NCBI GenBank assembly: GCA_964625685.1
Contig: CAZVBO010000001.1
Coordinates: 153,570 to 217,569, forward strand
DNA from: an uncultured Pseudomonadales bacterium
GTDB taxonomy: Bacteria; Patescibacteriota; Microgenomatia; UBA1400; PJMF01
Reading direction: 5' to 3'
Length of the DNA stretch: 64,000 bases
Shown: piece after piece, positions 37,220 to 47,539 of the stretch
Layout of the letters: every line of letters starts with the position of its first letter
How positions within the stretch are numbered: the stretch's first letter is position 1
Program-made: the position numbers and the translations under genes
The notes under the pieces: model-generated
What the model was told of the DNA's origin: nothing
Database searches by the model: none
The model's input: the letters and a program-made list of their open reading frames with translations, nothing else

Positions 37220-39008
37220 ATGAACATTCGACACATTTTACTGTGGTTTGGTTTATTATTCATTGCCTCACTCCTTCGTTTATGGCATTTAGACAGCTTA
37301 CCAGCGGTGGTTCACCGAGATGAGGCCTCGATTGGCTATAATGCTTATGCGATTGCTCAGACCGGCCACGATGAACATGGAGTGAGGTATCCGATTAATT
37401 TCCAAGCTTTTGGAGAGTATAAACTACCGGGTCTCATTTACTTGACAGTGCCTTTTGTGAAAATACTGGGACTCAATGAATGGTCCGTGCGATTGCCCAC
37501 AGCTCTTGCAGCTTTGCTCTGTTTGCCTGCTCTTTTTGGGTTAACAAAGGAAATGGGGTTTTCAAAGAAAGTGACTTGGCTAAGTCTGATTTTACTCACT
37601 TTTTCTTTTTGGCACATCACTCAAGCCCGGAATGCCTACGAACCAATGATCGGTTTACTCCTCAGTTTAGTGGCATTGAGTAGCTGGCTAAAAGGTTTGA
37701 AAAAAGGTCGATGGTTTATCTTATCACTGGTGGCATATGGATTAAGTTGCTGGTTTTATAATGTGCCCTGGTTACTTCTGCCGTTAGTATTTGGAGTTTG
37801 GAGTTTCATTGACTGGTTTCATCAACGAGGTAGCATTCGTTCAAAACTCCTGGCTCTCATTGCCGTAGGATTGGTAGCCCTAAGTGTAGGTTGGATATTG
37901 AGCGGAGTGAATGCCAGCCGGAGTGGGACTACCGTTTTTAGTAATCCCGAATTAATTGAAGAATCACAAACGTTAGTTCATGCTGGTTTAGTGGGCGGGT
38001 TGCCTTCGATTATTGCTCGAGGGGCACAGTATAAATTGGTTTTGGCGATAGTTAAAATCGGTCAGGGTTATTTAGCATCATTTAGTCCAACCTATCTTTT
38101 CTTTACTGGTGATGGCAATGCTTGGCATAATTTACAGTCGATTCAACTAGGGAATATGAATCCGGTTTTACTTGTTTGGATTGGGATCGGATTGTGGGGA
38201 GTAATTTCACAGTTAAAACAAAAATCCCACCAGTTATTATTAAGTTATCTGTTGTTAAGTCCAGTCTTAAGTGCGGTGACCGTCGACGCTCCAATTACCA
38301 ATCGATTGCTGGATTTCCATGTAGCGTTAATTATCGTTGCCGCCGTTGGTTTGAGCTGGTTGTGGGAAAGAACAAAACTTAACCAGTGGGCAAAAGGAGT
38401 TTTCATTACGTCGTTGATAGTGTATGTGGGGTTTGTTTGTTTATTTATTGAAAGATATCTTTATTTTTAATCAGGTATTGCATCCCTTTTGGAATCCAGG
38501 AGTCAAGACACTCGTCCAGGAAGTGAATCAGCGTCAAGCGGAATACGATCAAATTTATGTCACTTCCGATTTAGAGTTGGGCTACATTTTTTTTGCTTTT
38601 TATACTCCCTTTGAGCCCAGTCAGTTTGCCGCAGAAGCAGAACGATATACCTCCGGGTTTGATCAAGTTGGCCGATTTCAAAAATTTTCTTTTGCTCGGT
38701 TTCCGGTTGAGTGGCGCAGTTTTTCTTTAGAAACAATTGGGAGTGTTTTTTATGATGATGTGGATAGAGTGCTGATTGTTGACCGGGGTAAAACAAGTGA
38801 ACAAATGAAAAAGGATCTAGAAATTACTGATTGGAGAGGTAATATACAATGGACTTTGTGGTCGGTAAGTGTAGATGAAGTATTGGCTCAGTTGAAAGCA
38901 TTACCGATGACTGAAGAGCGACAAGTGGAGATAGAGTATTTAGAATCGTGTCAGGCGGGGTGGTGTGATCGAGAATTGCTACCCGAGACTGGAAAAAGTA
39001 ATTACTAA
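37220..39008 (+). pseudogene. ArnT/PMT-like (GT-C) membrane glycosyltransferase, frameshifted at ~38465
   Basis: HRDEASIGYNAY..GHDEHG, SVRLPTA; removing one T from the T5 run joins RYLYF to NQVLHPFW. Confidence 0.75.
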
Positions 39009-39042
39009 GTGTTCGTAGTTTCATTTTGATAACAAATTATTA

Positions 39043-39116
39043 TGTCATCCTCGCGCACGCGGGGATCTGGGATATTGGTTGTGTTTTTCCAGATTCCCGC
39101 TTTCGCGGGAATGACA
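39043..39116. repeat. dRS3/RPE-like palindromic repeat pair
   Basis: gtcatcctcgcgcacgcggggatctgg ... ccagattcccgctttcgcgggaatgac. Confidence 0.85.
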
Positions 39117-39124
39117 AATAGAAG

Positions 39125-39634
39125 TTAGTACTTCCGACTATCATACGCCCAGTGGAGAAGGGCTTGGCGTTGTTTACGGCGGCAGTCAAAGTCACCTGTA
39201 TGGCAGTTGGCTTTGAGTTGACCTAAGTGGCGGCGAAAGGCTTTCCAACGGTTAATTTGACGTTCATCTTCGTTTGGAATTCTTCTCCCCATGTAATATC
39301 GGCAGTACCATTGGAACCAACCTCGGGGATCTTCCTCATAAATCCAACCTTTTTGTTGCCAGACGGAGAGGGGTTGGCTGGCGTTGATTTTGAAAAAGTT
39401 GAGTGCTGGGTCGTGAAATTCGTGGCAAAGTTTAGCTTTAGTGTACCAGTCAGCAGGAAACTCTTTAGCACAATCAGTCATATACTTGCCACCAAAGACA
39501 CCCAGTTCGAGCATTTGTTGGGGGATGAGATCAGGTTTGAAGTCTGAGTCAAAGTGTTTGCCCATCGGTTCATTGAGCACATATTTATAATTGCGTTGCA
39601 TCAGGTCATTGACGACCACAATTTGGTTTGCCAT
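39125..39634 (-). CDS. Hypothetical protein
   Basis: Motif-rich (LGVFGGKY, DPRGWFQWYCRYYMGRR, RQALLHWAYD); function not recognised. Confidence 0.7.
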   Translation of the reverse strand: MANQIVVVNDLMQRNYKYVLNEPMGKHFDSDFKPDLIPQQMLELGVFGGKYMTDCAKEFPADWYTKAKLCHEFHDPALNFFKINASQPLSVWQQKGWIYEEDPRGWFQWYCRYYMGRRIPNEDERQINRWKAFRRHLGQLKANCHTGDFDCRRKQRQALLHWAYDSRKY

Positions 39635-39677
39635 AGCTTAACTTTATGGGAAATGGAGTGGGTGGTAAAGAGAAGAG

Positions 39678-39762
39678 CGGAGGTGAAGAGATTCGAACTC
39701 TTGAACCCAATAAAGGGTCTGGTTTTCAAGACCAGTGCAATTGACCGCTATGCGACACCTCC
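39678..39762 (-). tRNA. tRNA-Ser(TGA)
   Basis: GGAGGTG/CACCTCC acceptor, CTGGT-CTTGAAA-ACCAG, long variable arm. Confidence 0.92.
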
Positions 39763-39880
39763 AATTGCCATATTTTATCATCTCTCTTGAGTTTATACAG
39801 CTATAAAGACTATCTGAGCATTTGAATTAGTTGCTTGGATTTTACAGACAAAGTCAGAAAGATAGTATAGAATACAAACT

Positions 39881-40165
39881 ATGATTACTCTCACTTTTGC
39901 TTCAATTATCGGTGTTTTAACTGTGGGAGTTGGATTGCTGGTGAAGCTGTTAGGTTTTCCTGATCAGTTCTTAAAAAATTACCGCCGAAAATCAACGGAA
40001 GGACTGTCAGCCGTTTTTTACTATCTAGCTTTTGTGTCATATATCCTGTGGACTATTCATGGCATTTTGGCAAATGATTGGGTAGTTATTTTAGGCCAGG
40101 GCGTAGGTGTTTTAACTACGGGAGCTATCGTGTGCCAATTACTATTGTATAGAAATAAGGAATAA
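39881..40165 (+). CDS. SemiSWEET/PQ-loop family transporter
   Basis: 3 TMs; FPDQ..KNYRRKSTEGLS; LWTIHG. Confidence 0.75.
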   Translation: MITLTFASIIGVLTVGVGLLVKLLGFPDQFLKNYRRKSTEGLSAVFYYLAFVSYILWTIHGILANDWVVILGQGVGVLTTGAIVCQLLLYRNKE

Positions 40166-40169
40166 GAAC

Positions 40170-40514
40170 ATGGGTATTCAAGTTGAATTTAATCCAGATT
40201 TAGCTTTGCGAAATATGAATGCTTACAAAGATGGAGAACGACAAATTGAGGAGTGTATTCCTGAAAAAATTGAAGTGGGACAAGAATACGATTTCTTAAA
40301 AAAGGGTCAACGGAATTATTGGTTGATGGGAGAAATTCCACTGCTAGAAACCAAGGGGAATGGTAATTTGTCCAAACCAAAAGCCAGTATTATGATCCTA
40401 GAAGCTATTCATTTTCTCCAAAATAATGAAGTCTATACCAGAGGGAAATATCGAGTAATCGAAGTATTTAATGATGATGACATGATTCACTTTAATGGTT
40501 TTGCAAAAGTATAA
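40170..40514 (+). CDS. Hypothetical protein
   Basis: 114-aa ORF directly after the SemiSWEET gene. Confidence 0.6.
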   Translation: MGIQVEFNPDLALRNMNAYKDGERQIEECIPEKIEVGQEYDFLKKGQRNYWLMGEIPLLETKGNGNLSKPKASIMILEAIHFLQNNEVYTRGKYRVIEVFNDDDMIHFNGFAKV

Positions 40515-40528
40515 ACTAGAAGTTTATT

Positions 40529-40671
40529 ATGACTATTCGTCCTGCTCAACTCACTGACCAAGATACTGTTTTACAATTATTGGATGAATTTTGAACAGTG
40601 CTCACGGTTTTTATCAAAAATATGGATTTGAGAGTAAAGCCCAGCGATTTGTTAAGCCATTAGAAAAGTAA
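40529..40671 (+). pseudogene. GNAT acetyltransferase remnant with internal deletion
   Basis: MTIRPAQLTDQDTVLQLLDEF* abuts AHGFYQKYGFE, the N- and C-terminal GNAT signatures. Confidence 0.55.
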
Positions 40672-41287
40672 GTTTAGACATTCTAAAGAGTAAAAAACAT
40701 TTTAATACTGGTGTTTCCTTCAAAAATGCTATACTGAGTATATGCAAAAAATAAAAATTGAACAACAAGCCGTGTGCGGCGGCTTTTGGTTTGCCGCATG
40801 GATGTTTACCATTGGGATTCTTGATCTCAGTTTTTGGCAAGGAGTAATCGGCATCATTATTTGGCCATATTACTTGGGTCATGCCTTAACAGCATGGCTG
40901 TAATGTCTTCAATTTTCAGCCAGAGTTTATAATACACATTTAATAAGTATTAACTATAGGCTTTTAGCCTGGTATAATACGTATTCAACAAAGGTATTGA
41001 AATTAGACTGAGTAGTTACTTTGTCACCAAGTTTCTACCCTAACTTCATCTAATCTTTGTAAAATTAAAGGAAAATCAATTCCATGACCGTCGAACAAGA
41101 CACACGCCAGCAATCCGGAATTCATTCAGCTCCTCGCAGAAATGAAGGTCCTCGGTTAGAAGATCCAAAAGTCAATAAAGCACAACTTGATCGTGTCCAA
41201 AGAGAATTCTTTCTGGGAATAATTAAAATTGGAGTGCCGGTAGGGATGGCTTTGACAATTCTGAAAGCATTACATCTTCTCTGAATT

Positions 41288-43849
41288 TTATTTATCTTCT
41301 GTGCGTCGATTATGTTCAATTTTCTCAATAGTTGTTGATGGATCAACATCAAGGGTTTCATCAGGCTGAACTTCTTCTCGGGGAACTTTTCCACTTTCAT
41401 AGTCGTGAATAATATCTTGAGTTGCCTCTTGAATAAGCTGAGGCAGTTCTTTTTGAAACTGGGCGGCAAATTCTTGTTCAAATTGTTCTCCCTTGGTGCC
41501 CCACTGCGTATCTTTTTGAATAAAGAGACTGTAGAAAGCTTTCAGCTTTGTCCACAACAGATATCTAAAGTGATACTATACATAGACAGGTGAGAGCAAG
41601 AATTTATAGTCAGGACGGAAAGATCCATCAAGTTGTTCCACATGATTTTTAAGTGTTCCATACACTCCAAAGAAAAACTCATTAAAGAGAAACACCGTTA
41701 AGGCATAGGGAATGACTGTTTCTAAACCAGCTATAGGATCTTCTTCTAGACCAACATTGACTGCATCAGCGGCAATTTTGGTCATAATAAATAACAGCAC
41801 AAAGGGAAAAGTTTGCTGATATATTACATCCATTTGCACAAATTTATCGAGTCGGTGTAGAAAGTTAAATAGAACCATATTGTAGATATTAAATGATTTG
41901 TTCCAGCGCAGTTGTTGTTTTAACCAGTCAGCATATGATTCAGGGCAGTCTGTCCAGACAGCACTATCTGGATTAAAGAGTGATTCGTAACCTCGTTCTA
42001 TCATTCTGGTCGAAATTTCCCGATCATCTCCAAATGTAGCCCGACCGGCCACATGGGTGAAGAAATACCAATCAGGGAGAATTTCGCCCAGCATGTCACT
42101 ATCCATGTAGACCCACGGTCCGGACATACAGGTAACTTCACCTGATTCTGATTGAGCAGCACGTTCTTTAAAGAAAGCATACCAATAGCGTTGATACGTC
42201 ATTTCAGTTAACAAATTGGTGTCTCTTGTTTCTACTCTGACATCTCCGGTAATTGAACCAGCATTGGGATGAGCCTGTTTCATCAACTCAGAATTTAAAA
42301 CTGCCAAAGGATCAGAGATCTGTGTATCACTATCAATATTGAGAATTCGATCATGTTTGAAATCTGGTAATTCAGCAATGTTTAAGTTGGCAATCATCTG
42401 ACTTAATTTACCTCTGAAATTAGCTCTGGCCTCTTTTTTCTCCTGCCTGGACATTGTTTTATCTTGTCTTAAATATTCGTTAAACTGGGCATAGTATTGC
42501 TTTTCGAGTTGATCTAGGTAGCCCCGACCCATAGCAGCCGCAAAGCCCATCGCCATAGCTTCTCGTTTACCCCGAGATGGTTGAGCTAATAAAACGGCTT
42601 GACATTCGTTTCGACCTTCGGTTTGATTTACTTGATTGACAATGGCTTGAATTTGAGCAAATTCTTGTTGTTTTGCCGGTGAGCCGTTGGGATCATCGTT
42701 GTAGACCACAAAAGCAGTAGTGACAGGATAGGCTTGGTCTTTGACTGACAAGAGTAATTCCTGAATACTTCCAGGTTCTACCTGATAAGATGGGATTACC
42801 ACTGCGACAGTAGGTGGATTGGGCCCAATTTTTTCATCAATGACTTTTTGGGCAATGTTATTCAAAATATAATCACGGTTAACCTCATAGCCGTATTGAT
42901 GAAGTTTCACAATATATCGATCCACTAATGATTGATAATCGGGATTTTTACTTGCTTTAAAACCGACTTTAATTAAAAACTCATCCCAGCCTAAATTTTG
43001 ATCTAGAATTTTTTGAGCTTCTTGAAAAAGTTCTTGGTCATTGGGATCAAGTTCACGAATAAAGTACTGAAAAGTTTCAATTAGTGGTTCTCGATTATAA
43101 GAACGAGCGCGCTTATTCCAGCGTTCAGCTCGTTCAGTTTGCCAGACGTTCCGCCCAATCGCAGCCATTCCATAGATTGACAAGAAAAAAACGAATTGTT
43201 CACTCAAACGACCAATTTCTACTCCGATATCTAAGATCGTTCCTCCAATAGCAGCAATTCCCAACATCACAATCAGAAATAAAAACCAACGTTCCTTAAG
43301 TGTAGCAAAAAGAGGGACGGTTTCAGTTTCAGCCTGATGTTGTTTGAGCTGAGTAAACCAATCAGGAATTTCACTAGAGGAGAAAACTTCTTCAAAATTG
43401 GTAAAGGCTGTTTGGTCAATCGGAATGACTTTAATGGCAAGTTCTGATTGAAGTTGAGCTAAGAGCTGCCCATCAATGCTGCTGGGTAACGGTAAAACAT
43501 TTTGTTGGGAATTATCCTTAGCATACCCAATATTTTTAAGAAATTGTACAATTTGAGTTTGTTGTGCATGAAAGTCGAATATTGTTTCCGCGCTAAAGAG
43601 ATTCTCGATAAGTTCTGGATCAACTAAAGAATAGTTAACTTGCTTTGCCTCCCTTGATTTTTGGCGGTAATCAGTGGCTAAGTCAGGGTCTTTTTTTTCA
43701 TTTCGAGCTACGATAGCTTGACGACGCCAATAGACCGACTGCAGTAGTGCAATATCCATGTCAGGAAACTCTGTAAAATCAGGAATTTCACCAGTTCGTA
43801 AATAGGCGATAAGTTCAGGGGAGAGTTGTTCGGAATGAGAAGTTGGCAT
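41288..43849 (-). CDS. Class I hyaluronan synthase-like processive GT2, one in-frame TAG at 41576-41578
   Basis: GKREAM, IDSDT, RYWYAFFKERAAQS, VTCMSGP, TFGDDR, QQLRWNKSF; after the TAG the same frame continues YHFRYLLW...WGTKG. Confidence 0.8.
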
Positions 43850-43977
43850 AAAGTCGATTCTGTTACATACAGTTTGATCTAGGTATTACATATTATATAC
43901 AGATTAAAAATTGATGCTACACCAGTTTTTCAGATACAGGAGTTCTCATTTATGGCTCAATCGCGTAAGATAATAGT

Positions 43978-46149
43978 ATGTGGCAATGGAGTAAATTTTT
44001 GACGAGTAGCAGATGGATTATGCTCTTTTTTGTGGGAGCCACGGCTATCGGTTCGCTTACCACTTTTGTCTTATTAGAGAAAAATAACGCCACCGATCCA
44101 GTTACCCCTGAAGTTATCCATAGCTTGTCAAATCGACTTACTGCCTTAGAAACTCAACCAACTGGCACTTCTTCAAATAATGAGGAGAGGAGTTCTACTG
44201 TTCCTACCAGAGATACTGAAACCAGTTCAGTGGCTCCATTTACCCGTACTATTATTGAGAATGTCACTAAACTCATTCCAACTAATGAAGTTTTAAAGCT
44301 GGATGATGAAGTGGTACTAACTACAGCTAATTTAAACGATTTATTGCCTGGGGCTGAGGGAGGTAATCCTCTTTATTTTGATAGTGAAAATTGGGCCACA
44401 GCGACCCATATTTATCTTAATGATGGCCAATTGGGGATTGGTCGCCAAACTGATAAAACGTTAGAAGTGGGTGGAGATACGCATATTGTAGGCACGTTGA
44501 TTATTGATAATCCGAAAGACAGTCATTTAATAGAACTTACTCCCAGAGGAAATACTGGTTATTTATCCTCAAGTGGCGGAGCGCTTTATCTGAACAATAC
44601 CTACAATATTGGTTCGGGAATAGGTATTTTCTCTGATGCTGGTGCTGAAGCTGAAGGCAACATGATTAATATTAAAGTTGATAATCCGCTTTTTAATCAG
44701 GCAGCATTCTACATGAACTATGATGGAACCTCGAATGCAGTTGAAATTCGAGCTAATACCAATGACCGCTCTTCCAATGCCCTCAGTCTAACTAATTTTA
44801 ATCAGCTAGATAGTGGTCTGGGAGTCATTGGCTATGAACTTGATCGAGGATCAATTAAAGTTTCTCATTACGGTTATGGGAGTGATTCCTCCGCATCAGG
44901 CCTTTCGATTGATCTTCAAGGAACTGGTACAGCCGCTCAAGGCATTTATGTTAATTCAACCGCCATAGGAGGAACTAGTGGTAAATTATTAAGACTCCGA
45001 AATGAATCTATCGATCGATTTGTAGTGGATAATCGTGGTTCTTTATCTTTAGGAGCGGCTGGTACGGATACCTCTATTACTAAAATTGGAAATAATGCGG
45101 ATGATCAATTTTTTGTGGGAACAAATGGAGCCTTTCGAGTCCAACGATCGGTCACAGACTCAGAAGCTTTCCGAGTTCAAGTGGCAGGAGATACCTATGG
45201 CCGCTGGCTGGGTACTGCTGATGGAAAATTGAAATGGAGTAGTGGTCATGATGATTATGACGTGGTGATGCAACGGACAGCTGCTAATACTTTGACTTTA
45301 CTAGGAGGAACATTTGAAGCTAAATCACTTGCGGTGAATAGTGACGTCATGAAATGGACAGCGAGTGATGGCTCGAGACTTGGAAGAGTGGTAGAAACCA
45401 GTGGTGGACATGGGTGGTTTGAGGTGGATGATAGCTCAGGCAATGCCAAAATTGTCTTTCGAGCTGATGGGGGAAATAATTATGTGAATAGTGGGAATTT
45501 TGGAGTGGGCTTAACTACTTTTGGCACAAATGCTAATCGGGTTTTAGGCATTGCTAATGGAACGGCTCCCACGACTTCTATTGCTGATGGAGTCCAACTG
45601 TTTGCTGCAGATTATGACATGGGTGATGGTACAGTCACCAGTGAGTTATTAGTTCGGGATGAGGATGGTAACGTAACTACTCTCTCTCCACACAACTTCT
45701 CTCTCTTACCTGAGGAGAATCAGGCTGATATGGATTGGACATATTATTCTGAGAAAAATGGAAAAGCGATAAACGTTAATATGGCACAGGTAGTTCGATT
45801 GGTCGAACAATTGACTGGTCAACAATTACTTTACATGAAAGATTTGCAATCTGGAGAATCTCTGAGACAGCTTTCACTCCCAGGTGATTCCCCTTTTCAA
45901 ACAGCAACACCTTCCGCAATAGTTCAACCACCGACTCTACGTGGTCAAGTAGTCATACCAATTGATACGATAGAAGTAAGAGTCGAATTTCCCTCTGCTT
46001 TTGAATCTGATCCAATCATAACTGTTACCCCACTTAATTTCATAAGTGGTTCTTATCGTATCCAAAAAAATCAACAGTCTTTTACACTGCAGCTTCAACA
46101 GCCTCAAAGCGAAGAAGTGAGATTTGACTGGATGGCTATCCAAAAGTAG
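43978..46149 (+). CDS. Membrane-anchored fibre-like protein with a phage HylP-type hyaluronate lyase (Hyaluronidase_1) domain
   Basis: N-terminal TM; SSSGGA, FNQAAFYMNYDGTSNAV, LSIDL, GTAAQGIYVNST, GTSGKLLRLRN..DRFVV. Confidence 0.75.
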   Translation: MWQWSKFLTSSRWIMLFFVGATAIGSLTTFVLLEKNNATDPVTPEVIHSLSNRLTALETQPTGTSSNNEERSSTVPTRDTETSSVAPFTRTIIENVTKLIPTNEVLKLDDEVVLTTANLNDLLPGAEGGNPLYFDSENWATATHIYLNDGQLGIGRQTDKTLEVGGDTHIVGTLIIDNPKDSHLIELTPRGNTGYLSSSGGALYLNNTYNIGSGIGIFSDAGAEAEGNMINIKVDNPLFNQAAFYMNYDGTSNAVEIRANTNDRSSNALSLTNFNQLDSGLGVIGYELDRGSIKVSHYGYGSDSSASGLSIDLQGTGTAAQGIYVNSTAIGGTSGKLLRLRNESIDRFVVDNRGSLSLGAAGTDTSITKIGNNADDQFFVGTNGAFRVQRSVTDSEAFRVQVAGDTYGRWLGTADGKLKWSSGHDDYDVVMQRTAANTLTLLGGTFEAKSLAVNSDVMKWTASDGSRLGRVVETSGGHGWFEVDDSSGNAKIVFRADGGNNYVNSGNFGVGLTTFGTNANRVLGIANGTAPTTSIADGVQLFAADYDMGDGTVTSELLVRDEDGNVTTLSPHNFSLLPEENQADMDWTYYSEKNGKAINVNMAQVVRLVEQLTGQQLLYMKDLQSGESLRQLSLPGDSPFQTATPSAIVQPPTLRGQVVIPIDTIEVRVEFPSAFESDPIITVTPLNFISGSYRIQKNQQSFTLQLQQPQSEEVRFDWMAIQK

Positions 46150-46167
46150 ATACAGTAAAATAACTTC

Positions 46168-47226
46168 ATGGATTCACCTATTCGAATTTTATTTTTGACT
46201 CGTCTCTACCTCCCTCATCAGGGAGGAGTAGAACGTCACATCCAGCAATTGATCCAACATTTGCCGAAGTCGAAATATGAGATTACGCTCGTGGCAGAGC
46301 AAGATAATGAAACTGAAAAGTTAATTGAAAAGATGGACGGAGTTACGATTTATCGAATTCCTCTTCCAGGGCAGCAGTCAAATAAGTGGTCAATTTGGCA
46401 GTGGTGGTGGCAACACCGCTCTTTGCTATTTGAGAGTGATATTATTCACATTCATGATGTCTTTTTTTGGATTTTACCCTTTTTTCCTTGGCTAAAGCTT
46501 TTGCGTAAAAAAGTTTTTATGACTTTCCATGGCTACGAAGGGAATCAAAATCCTCGCTGGAATCAAAAATGGTGGCATTGGTTGGCTGGAAAGTTGAGCA
46601 ATGGGAATATCTGTATTGGGAGTTTCCACCAACCATGGTATGGAGTTAAACCGGATATCATTTCTTATGGGGCAGTTGAGCCAATAGACTCTTCAAAGAC
46701 AAAGCCCCCTACCCATTTATCTTCTCCGCTCAAGATTATTTTTGTTGGCCGATTAGCCGAGGATACTGGTTTGATGACTTATTTAACCGCTCTGAAAAAA
46801 CTGAACCTGGATCATAAATTTCATTTAGATGTGTATGGTAATGGTTCTGATTTAGCCAAAGCCAAAAAATTGGTAGAACAACAGAAATTACCAGTCTCTT
46901 TTAAGGGATTTATTCCCTCTGCTGAAATTCCTTGGCATCGCTATCAGCTCGCTTTTGTTTCTCAGTATTTATCAATCCTGGAGGCTATGTCCGCCGGGTT
47001 ACCCATTATTGCTTATGCGGGTTTTGAACTAAAATATGATTATTTAGCCAGAACTCCTTTTGCTCAGTGGATTAAAATCACGCGTTCAACCAATGAAATA
47101 AATCAAGCCATTTCTCAAGCTGTAGCTTCTACTTGGGCTGATAATGTTAGTCAAAGTCAAAATTGGGCTAATCAACAAACCTGGCAAAAACTTGCTACTC
47201 AATATCAATACTTATGGAAAAATTAA
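46168..47226 (+). CDS. GT4 glycosyltransferase
   Basis: GGVERH, FVGRL, ILEAMSAGLP. Confidence 0.85.
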   Translation: MDSPIRILFLTRLYLPHQGGVERHIQQLIQHLPKSKYEITLVAEQDNETEKLIEKMDGVTIYRIPLPGQQSNKWSIWQWWWQHRSLLFESDIIHIHDVFFWILPFFPWLKLLRKKVFMTFHGYEGNQNPRWNQKWWHWLAGKLSNGNICIGSFHQPWYGVKPDIISYGAVEPIDSSKTKPPTHLSSPLKIIFVGRLAEDTGLMTYLTALKKLNLDHKFHLDVYGNGSDLAKAKKLVEQQKLPVSFKGFIPSAEIPWHRYQLAFVSQYLSILEAMSAGLPIIAYAGFELKYDYLARTPFAQWIKITRSTNEINQAISQAVASTWADNVSQSQNWANQQTWQKLATQYQYLWKN

Positions 47227-47263
47227 TTGTCAAACCAGCATTTTGGTGGTTATAATAACACAT

Positions 47264-47539
47264 ATGAATACTCAACTTCTCAAAAAAAAACTGACTCCTT
47301 TAGTGATGTGGTCGATTAAAAACCACTGGATTTTTTTGGTATTGCTGATTGGAGTGCAGTACCTGACAGGTGAACAAATGACGGAACCAAAAGCCTTTAT
47401 TCCGTTATCGGCTCCGATGGCTTTGCAGATTCATTCGGTACTTGGCAAACTAATTTTATTAGGAACCGCTGCCTTATTTTTAGATAAAATGTACTTACTC
47501 TGGTTACGTCGTCGACCCGCCACTCCTACTCAGCCCTAA
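47264..47539 (+). CDS. Small membrane protein
   Basis: Two TMs. Confidence 0.5.
   Translation: MNTQLLKKKLTPLVMWSIKNHWIFLVLLIGVQYLTGEQMTEPKAFIPLSAPMALQIHSVLGKLILLGTAALFLDKMYLLWLRRRPATPTQP

Noticed and set aside
40652-41284. Small ORFs 40652-40882(-) and 41084-41284(+)
   Set aside because: No recognisable motifs; coding status unsupported.
41576-41578. Genome-wide stop-codon reassignment or pyrrolysine
   Set aside because: TAG and TGA terminate intact genes here (e.g. sufB and ftsK end in TAG, yjjX in TGA); no pyl genes seen.
43978-46149. Prophage, suggested by the tail-fibre-like protein
   Set aside because: It has an N-terminal TM anchor, and no terminase, capsid, portal or integrase genes are nearby.
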